64,000 bases of DNA from the human T2T-CHM13v2.0 reference genome, Homo sapiens, in the NCBI RefSeq assembly GCF_009914755.1, contig NC_060934.1; one strand, written 5' to 3'. The notes beneath the pieces are model-generated. The model saw nothing but the letters and a program-made list of their open reading frames with translations. It was not told the origin of the DNA and searched no databases. Shown in pieces: positions 55,518-64,000 of the stretch. A program made the translations under genes and the position numbers. Each line of letters opens with the position of its first letter. Position 1 is the stretch's first letter.

Positions 55518-56539
55518 CTTCAAAAGGTAAGTTAGAGTTTGCCACGTGGATCAATGGTTTTTATGCATTCCCATTGCAATTGGACTTCACTTTAGAAATT
55601 AAGCAGATTCTAGAAAATGTAGGTGTTAATTTGAATGCCAGGATGCCAAATATATAAATTCATTAGGAGAGTTCACTATAAAATCTAAGTTTTATTTTAA
55701 AAGATAACTAACATAGAATAAGTGTTTTCAAGTCAGTTTAAGTTCTCTTTCATCATGGCCGAAAGCTCACATTACTTTCGCTTACCACGAGGCAAAACAA
55801 CATTAAATATCTGAGTCAAGAAGGATGGTGCATATGATACGTTTTCCTTCAGTCTAGAGCAAAGTAAGTTCGGGTCTTGGAAGGGCAACCCTTCCCCACT
55901 CCAGCCAGATGCCTCATTCCCCATGGCTGAGTCAATACAAAAAGAATGAGTGAGTCAATTCTTGCTCACCTCAAGGGAGCTTGTTGAAGGTCACTCAGCA
56001 AAGTGGTGGCAGAATGCCATTGCTTTATGGACCTTGCCACACTAATGGGCACTTCCAAATGATGCTTCCCCACATGTTTGGCCTCTCTCCTCTGGCAGTG
56101 CATGTGTGTGCTTTTACCTTTAATTACAAGGCACAGCAGTGCACAGTGGTTTGGATGCAGGTGCCAGTGGAGATGGAAGCCAGCCAAGTAGTAGACGCTT
56201 GACCTGGTGAAGGATGACAGATTGACAGAGTTTGGACTCTGGTATTACCCTTTGATTTTGCTGAAGTTTAATGTGTTTTCGGCACTTCCAGGACTCCCTA
56301 TGCATCACGAGCCCATTCAGCCTCAGCTTGCTTCTTTCTTTACTGTCGTTAGTGCCTTAAATTTTTGACTGGGAAAGAAATACATCAGAGAGACCCAAAC
56401 TTTCTCAAGCTGATGTGGTTCTCAGTAGTTAGCTGGTAAATTTATAACCTGGAATGAGGCTGGGCTTTGACATCTTCCAAGTGAATGGCCTTCATTGGTC
56501 AGGGAGGAATGTTTTTCAGGGGGAAGTGTTATGTGACAG

Positions 56540-57020
56540 AATTTGTTTTTATTCAGTTCCTACTCTGATCAAAATCTGCCAGTGACTTCTCATTGCCTGT
56601 AGGATTCAGGCCAAACTCCACAGCATGGGGTTAAAGCTCCTTCGTAATGTACACCCAATATTTTTGCTTGCCTTATCTCACTCATACTCTTTGACCTTTT
56701 TTGAATTTAGATTCCCCATGTTTCCTTTACACTCCCCCAGTAGCACCAGTGCTTATGCCCATAGTATCCTCTTAAAATGATCCTCCCTAACTTTTTTCCA
56801 CTTACTTGAATTCTAACCATCTTCAGGGCCCTGTGCAGAAGTCAGTTCCAAGGGGGCCTTTCCTGATCACCTTGGCCCAGTGTTTCCTCCCACATTTCCA
56901 CCAACATATTATCTTTTAATGTTTCCATCTATATAAATATGGCTAGTTCTGTTATGGCAGGCACTGAGTTTTCCCCATTCTTGTATGCATCATAGTGCCT
57001 GGCATAATGTCTTGCAGGCT
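56540..57020 (+). mobile_element. L2 3' region
   Basis: CAGTGACTTCTCATTGCC...CCAAACTCC; GCCTTTCCTGATCACC; ATAGTGCCTGGCATA. Confidence 0.6.
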
Positions 57021-58424
57021 GTCACAGTGCAACATTTTTCTTGCTGCCTTGCGGGGGAAGCCGTGATGCAGGTGTTGAAGGCAGTTCCAGGGTAGCTGGA
57101 TTGCAGCCACTTGTCAATGGTTCTCAATCTTTCCCTGGACGAGGCCTGTGGAGGGCTAACTAATGAAGAGGTCTTTTGCTTCAGGTTTTATCCCAGCTTC
57201 CCAGATCTGCTTTCCTGGTCCAGATGGCACCTGAACTTGGCTACTGCATTCTGGACCCACCTTCTGTGTTCAGCATTCTGCTGGCCTCTCCTGTCACTGC
57301 TATAGGATTAATGGCTTCCAGCTGTGATAGTTATACTCTTCCTCTAGCACCCTCTGCCAAAATCCAGAGTCTAGTACCTCTGGCTGGAGGAGACGAGGAA
57401 GGAGGAGTAAAGGAGACATTTATGGTGGAATTGATTACTCCCTTTTTGATGCTTTCATCGCACTCTTGTTTACCTCCCTAGCATGTATCTTCCTGTAGCT
57501 CAGCCATTTATGTCTTTGTGTCTCCTGCTAAGTCGTAAATGCCCCAAGGCCAGAACCATGCATTATCTGTCCCTGCTTACTGGTACCTAACACAGTGCCT
57601 GGCACTGGGTTGACATTCATTTCAACTAAGCTGAAATCAGTAAGCAATTACAAAGTCAGAATAACCCACAAAATGTCCGATCAAAGCAGGTGTACTCTCT
57701 GCACTCCAGAGTGAATTCCCGTGGCTCCTCTTATGACAGTCCTTTTAAGAGAACGTCCAAATGGGTCTGAAACTCCTGAACACTGGAGCTTGGAGAGACA
57801 TTTTTAATCCTTTGGGTGGAATTACCACTGGGGAAGAGGGAGGTCAAGGCCAGCCAAACTGTCCCTGAGACCGTGAAGTAACTGCCCTCACCAAAAACCT
57901 ACTCAGAAAATGAATTTCTTGATGGGTCTCCAAACTGACTCTGGTCCAAATAGCCCAAGGGCAAGACTAGAAGGGATTTGGGCATGGATTTGTCTTGCTC
58001 CACAACACTCGGGTGGGTAAAAGATAAGCCATATTAAACAATCTTTCCATTGAAAAATGAAATCAGGAGCTCGAGCCCGTAATCACTAGACTTATTGATT
58101 TATTTCATCTCAGTGATTCTTTTTGGCTCTCTCCCCCATGCCTTTGTTACCGGAAAGGGGTCTGGATCCAGACACCAAGGGAGGGTTCTTGGATGTCATG
58201 CAAGAAATAATTTTGGGGTGAGTTCACAGAGTAAAGTGAAAGCAAGTTTAAGGAAGTAAAAAAACAAAAGAATGGCTACTCCATAGGCAGAGCAGCAGCA
58301 AGGGCTGCTGGTTGGCTATTTTTATGGTTATCTCTTGATCATATGCTAAACAAGGGGTGGATTATTTATGACTTTTCCAGGAAAGGGGCAGGAAATTTCC
58401 AGAACCGAGAGTTCCTCTTCCTTT

Positions 58425-58426
<2 letters not shown>

Positions 58427-58496
<70 letters not shown>

Positions 58497-59227
58497 TTAT
58501 ACTTTAAGTTCTAGGGTACATGTGCACAATGTGCAGGTTTCTTACATATGTATACATGTGCCATGTTGGTGTGCCGCACCCATTAACTCGTCATTTACAT
58601 TAGGTATATCTCCTAATGCTATCTCTCCCCCCTCCCCCCACCCCACAACAGGCCCCGGTGTGTGATGTTCCCCTTCCTGTGTCCAAGTGCTCTCATTGTT
58701 CAATTCCCACCTATGAGTGACAACATGCGGCGTTCGCTTTTTTTGTCCTTGTGATAGTTTGCTGAGAATGATGGTTTCCAGCTTCATCCATGTCCCTACA
58801 AAGGACATGAATTCATCACTTTTTATGGCTGCATAGTATTCCATGGTATATATGTGCCACATTTTCTTAATCCACCCTATCATTGATGGACATTTGGATT
58901 GGTTCCAAGTCTTTGCTGTTGTGAATAGTGCCGCAGTAAACATACGTGTGCATGTGTCTTTTCAATGAAATAAAAGAGGACACAAACAAATGGAAGAACA
59001 TTCCATGCTCATGGATAAGAAGAATCAATATCATGAAAACGGCCATACTGCCCAAGGTAATTTATAGATTCAATGCCATCTCCATCAAGCTACCAATGAC
59101 TTTCTTCACAGAATTGGAAAAAACTACTTTAAAGTTCATATGGAACCAAAAAAGAGCCCTCATTGCCCAGTCAGTCCTAAGCCAAAAGAAAAAAGCTGGA
59201 GGCATCATGCTACCTGACTTCAAACTA
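58427..59227 (-). mobile_element. L1PA (PA3-5-like), 5'-truncated with 5' inversion
   Basis: Antisense tail, 3'UTR and ORF2 C-terminus to 58961, then sense ORF2 ([16 protein letters not shown]...LPDFKL) at 58962-59227; TSD TCCTCTTCCTTTTC at 58413-58426 and 59228-59241. Confidence 0.95.
58431..58495 (+). repeat. (AT)24 plus poly-T derived from the L1 tail
   Basis: Direct read. Confidence 0.95.
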
Positions 59228-61376
59228 TCCTCTTCCTTTTCGATCATATAGGGTAACTTCCAGGTGTTGCCATGGCATTTGTAAACTGCCATGGCACTGG
59301 TGAGAATGTCTCTTAGCATGCTAATGCATTATAATTAGCAAATATTGAGCAGTGAGTACACTAGAGGTCACTTTTGGCACATCTTGGTTTTGGCAGGTTT
59401 TGACCAGCTTCTTTATTGCATCCTGCTTTATCAGTGGGACTTTGTGACCTGTATCTTTGTGACCTCCTGTCTCATTTTGTGACTAAGAATGCCTAACCTC
59501 CTGGGATGCAGCTCAACAGGTCTTGGCCTCATTTTACTCAGCCCCTATTCAAGATATAGCTGCTGTGATTTGCACACCTCTGATACCCTTGGGCCATGTA
59601 AAAATTCTTGATTTTATAATATAAGGAAGAATAGAAAATGTCTTTCACTTCATTTGGGAATGGTCTTCACTACACCTGGCCCTTGTTTGTGTGGTCTCTT
59701 CAGAGGAGGCTAACTCTGAAGGTGTTTTTACTGTCTCTGTGTTGAGTTAGGCTGTGCACATCTTCTTTAGGGTTCTCAAGGCCACCAGCTTTGTTCCCAG
59801 TTTATACAGGCACTCCCATTAGAGTTTCTGCCACTCAGCTATTGCTTATCAGGCTGAGAACTACCACTCTCGTTACTACTATCCAATTAAAACTTTCAGG
59901 ATTTGGACTCTTCTCTTTTCAACAAGAACACCAAAACTTGGACAACCTGGCTTAATTCCCTGGGTAGGTCTAGATTATAGAGAAGCAAAAATGACTGTGG
60001 CATTGGCTTCCAGGAATAAGCCTCTTTCTCTTCTTGCTCTGGCTCCAAAGCAAAGTAAAAAAAAAAGCTGTCAACTCCCCACTAGGGGAAAGAGTCCAGG
60101 CCTTGGAAACAAAGGCCTGGCTGGATGTCTGGAAGGGCTTATATGGGGAATTGAGACTTAGCTTTTGTTTTAGCCTGATGAGTCTGGAGTATTGAGAAAA
60201 AAAGACACAATTTAATGTCTTAATAGATTATCCTGTGTATTAAATTCTCAATAAATCTCCCTGCTATAAGGACAGGGATTATCTTTATTCTCTCTTTTTA
60301 AATGATAAAAATATCTTGTATTCACTGGAGAGGTTGTGCCTAGACAGTATGAGGATCAAAGAGATCTTACTTTAAAAGGCCAGTGCTCTGGAAGGAGAAT
60401 CATAGATGGAATCTGACCAGTGAAACATTTCACACATTTTCCCAGGACTTCTAGGAGTCAAACGTTACCATTTCCTAGAGCAACTGCTGAAATATTTTGG
60501 AATATTGAAAATTTGAAGAGTTCAGTATTAATCAGATGAAAGGAATCGTAATTAAATGTCTTCCCACCAAGAAGTCACCAGGCCCAGATGGCCTCACCAG
60601 TGAATTATTTCAAATGTTAAGGAAAACTAGATCTTACAGAAATTCTGTTAGACAATAGGAGAAGAAAGAAGACTTTCCAGCTCATTGTGAGGGCAGCATC
60701 ACTTTGACACAAAACTTGAGAATGACATTATAAGAAATAAGAATTACAGATTAATCCTTTTTATGAACATAGATGCAAAAGTCCCTAAGACATTAGCTAA
60801 TTAAATCCAACAAAATATAAAGATAACATATTACAACCAAATTGGGTTTATTTTAGGAATGCAAGGTCACTTTAACATTCAAAAATCAAATGTAATTTGC
60901 CACAATTACATAATAAAGGAGAAAATCATGTGATAATCTTAAGCAATGCAGAGCAAGTATTTGATAACACTCAATACCCATTCATGATAATAACTCTTAT
61001 CCAACTAGAGGAGAACTTCCTTAATGAGATAAAGTGTAGTTTTTAAGAAGCCAAAAACCTACAGCAAACCTCAAACTAAATGATGAAATCTTGAAAGTTT
61101 CCCTCCTAAGATTAGCAATCTAAGATTAGATAAGGATGCCCACTAACACCTCTTTTATTCAGCATTATAATGGAGGTTCTAGTCAGTGCAAAATGCAAGA
61201 AATAAATAAAATGTATAAGGATTGGAGGGAAAAGAAATAACAACTGTGGAAAATTCAAAAGAATCTGTAAATAAACCCTTAGAATTAATAAGTGAATATG
61301 GCAAGGTCACTGGATATAATGTCAATGTATAAAAGTATTATTTTTAGACAATGCAACAGAAAATAAATATAAAATA

Positions 61377-61665
<289 letters not shown>

Positions 61666-62158
61666 AAATGTAAAAAGAGTTCTATGTATAATAGCATCAA
61701 GTAATATGTGATAAATATGTTAATAATATAGTAATACAATGAATCAAGTCATGAATGCTGAGTGGAGACTCAATATAGAAGACTAAAAAAATTCTTGAAA
61801 ACATTTCAAGGTGGCCTAAGTAAAGAGAAAACCAAGTTTATGGTTTATAGAATTAATTTTATAAACATCCTTATTTCCCCCCACTCTCATCTATTGATTC
61901 AAAACAATCTCAATGGAAATTCTAATGGACTTTTTCTGTGGAATTTAACAAGCTGATTCTAAAATTTATAAACAAATTTAAAGGGTGAAGAATAGGTAAG
62001 AGAATCTTGGAAAAAAAAGTTGGAGATATTACTAGACATAAGACTTATTTAAAGCTGCAGTAATTAAGAAAGTCTGGTATTAGCGCAAAGATAGAAAAAT
62101 AGACCAATAGGACAGAATAAAAGTCCAGGAGTAGATCCATATATATACAGTTGCTTGA

Positions 62159-62314
62159 GTTTTTTGCTTTTCTTTTGAGATGGGGTCTTGCTCTGTTGCC
62201 TAGGGTGGAGTGAAGTGGCATGGTCATAGCTCACTGCAATCTCAACCTCACAGGATCAAGCAGTCCTCCCACCTCAGCCTCCCAAGTGCATGCCACCACA
62301 CCCAGCTATGTTTG
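62159..62314 (-). mobile_element. AluJ right arm / FRAM, antisense
   Basis: TSD GTTGCTTGA at 62150-62158 and 62315-62323; internal deletion after CCCAAGT. Confidence 0.9.
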
Positions 62315-63477
62315 GTTGCTTGATTTATAACAAAGGGTAACACTGAAATGCAGTGATGAAAATGTGGTCTTTTAAAAAATATAACTAGGTCTATTAAATA
62401 TCCTAATATTAAAAAATAATAATCTTGACTCCTCTTACTTCGACAAAAAACATTTCTTCTGGATTGCAGATATGACTATTAAACTTAAAACCATAAAACT
62501 TTTCAAGAAAAGCATAAGATATTATCTTCATGACTTCTGTATGGGCAAAGATTTCTTATATAGGCTTCTAAAAAATTTTGACTATAGAAGAAAAGATTGA
62601 TATGTTGGACTTAAATGAAATAAAGAATTATTTAAGAAAAGCATTATATAAGAGTGAAAGTCATAGCATTTAATAAGAGAAGATGGTTGCAGTGTCTGTA
62701 TCTGGCAGAGTACTCATATCTAGACTACATAAATAATGCCTATAAATCATTAAGAGAAAGACTGACGACTTAAAAAAATGGGCAGAAGACTTAACAGACA
62801 TTTCACCACAGAAGGTATCTTAATGAGCAATAAACATTTGAAAACTAGCTCAATTTCCTTTGTCATCAGGAAATACAAAATTATACTACTTGAGATATCT
62901 TTTTATAACCAACATATTAGCTAAAATGAAAAGATAATATCAAGTGTTGGCAAGAAGGTGAGGCAACTGGAACTTTCATGCAGTACTGAGAAGATGTAAC
63001 TTGTTATAACCACTTTAGAAAACCGGCAGTGTCTCCTAAAGCTGAATATATACACACCCTGTGACCCAGCAATTGTACTCTTAGGTATAATATCATACAG
63101 AACTACATATGTATGTGAGCCAAAAGACATGTACAAGAAAGGTCATAGCAATAAAAGCCACAATCTGGAACCAACTCACATATTTGTCAACAGCAAAATG
63201 GACTAATAATTGTGGAATAATTCATCCAATGTAATACCATACAGTAATGAGATTGAATGAATTACTGCTATAAGCAAGCAACAACATGGATTAATCTCAT
63301 AGAGTATTGAGCCATAAAACGTCATAGAGTGTTGAGATAAAAAAGAATACATATCGTATGACCCCGTTTATATAACATTTAAAAATAGAACTAATCAATG
63401 TTAAATAGAAGAGCATTGTGGTTACTTTTGGGAGAGAGGACATACAAGGAGGGTTTCTGAGGTGTTGCTAATTTTCT

Positions 63478-63798
63478 GTTTTGTTTTGTTTTGTTTTGTT
63501 TTGTTTTTGTTTTGAGATGGAGTCTCGCTCTGTCAGGCTGGAGTGCAGTTGCATGATCTCGGCTCAGGCTCACTGCAACCTCCACCTCCTGGGTTTAAGT
63601 GATTCTCCTGCCTCAGCCTCCTGAGTAGCTGGGATTATAGGAGTGCACCACCACCCCTAGCTAATTTTTTGTATTTTTAGTAGAGATGAGTTTTCACCAT
63701 GTTGGCCAGGCTGGTCTCGAACTCCTGACTTCGAGTGATCCACCTGCCTCAGCCTCCCAAAGTGCTGGAATTACAGATGTGAACCACTGTGCCCAGCC
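63478..63798 (-). mobile_element. AluSz-like, antisense, with a (TTTTG)n tail
   Basis: Dimeric; TSD TAAT(T/G)TTCT. Confidence 0.95.
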
Positions 63799-64000
63799 TA
63801 ATGTTCTTTTTTTTTTTTTTTTTAATCATGGAAGTGAATACATAGGCACACTCACTCATCTTTGAAAGTTTATCAAGCTGTACCATTATGATTTTTGAAC
63901 CTATGCATGTTGACTTTAATGCAAGGTTTACTTTAAACTATTTTGTTATGTTAAGGAGGAGGCACCTCAATTCACCGGGATACACTTTTTCACAAAATTA

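Larger units (their letters stand above)
58145..59585 (-). mobile_element. MER41 (B-like) ERV1 solo LTR, split by an L1PA insertion
   Basis: Left end TGTTACCGGAAAGGGGTC; right end CAGCCCCTATTCAAGAT...CCTCTGATA is the reverse complement of the MER41 start; about 630 bp without the L1; flanks CCTT/CCCT. Confidence 0.88.

Noticed and set aside
58542-59251. ORFs of 133 aa and 101 aa with real protein similarity
   Set aside because: L1 ORF2 remnants of the inverted L1PA, not host genes.

Overview
Primate (very probably human) genomic DNA that is almost entirely intronic. The only coding sequence I can support is one 100-nt internal exon at 34058-34157 (+). It encodes (R)STDYGTTYEKLNDKVGLKTVLSYLYVNPTNKRK, an Asp-box/BNR segment of the VPS10 domain that I recognise as SORCS3 (probably exon 3). 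The rest is a mosaic of Alu, L1, L2, MIR, hAT DNA-transposon fossils, solo LTRs and microsatellites, and the other ORF-track entries are repeat-derived or chance. I found no previously undescribed multi-gene system. The best oddities are local: an Alu whose poly(A) tail is replaced by a perfect G-quadruplex inside intact TSDs; a MER41 LTR with a STAT/GAS site split by a 5'-inverted (twin-primed) L1PA; a perfect 60-bp tandem duplication; a probable templated insertion copied from about 1.7 kb away; inverted Alus flanking the frame-shifting exon; an AP-1 site cluster; and a CTCF-like motif. Repeat subfamily names come from remembered consensus sequences, and boundaries of old repeats are approximate.
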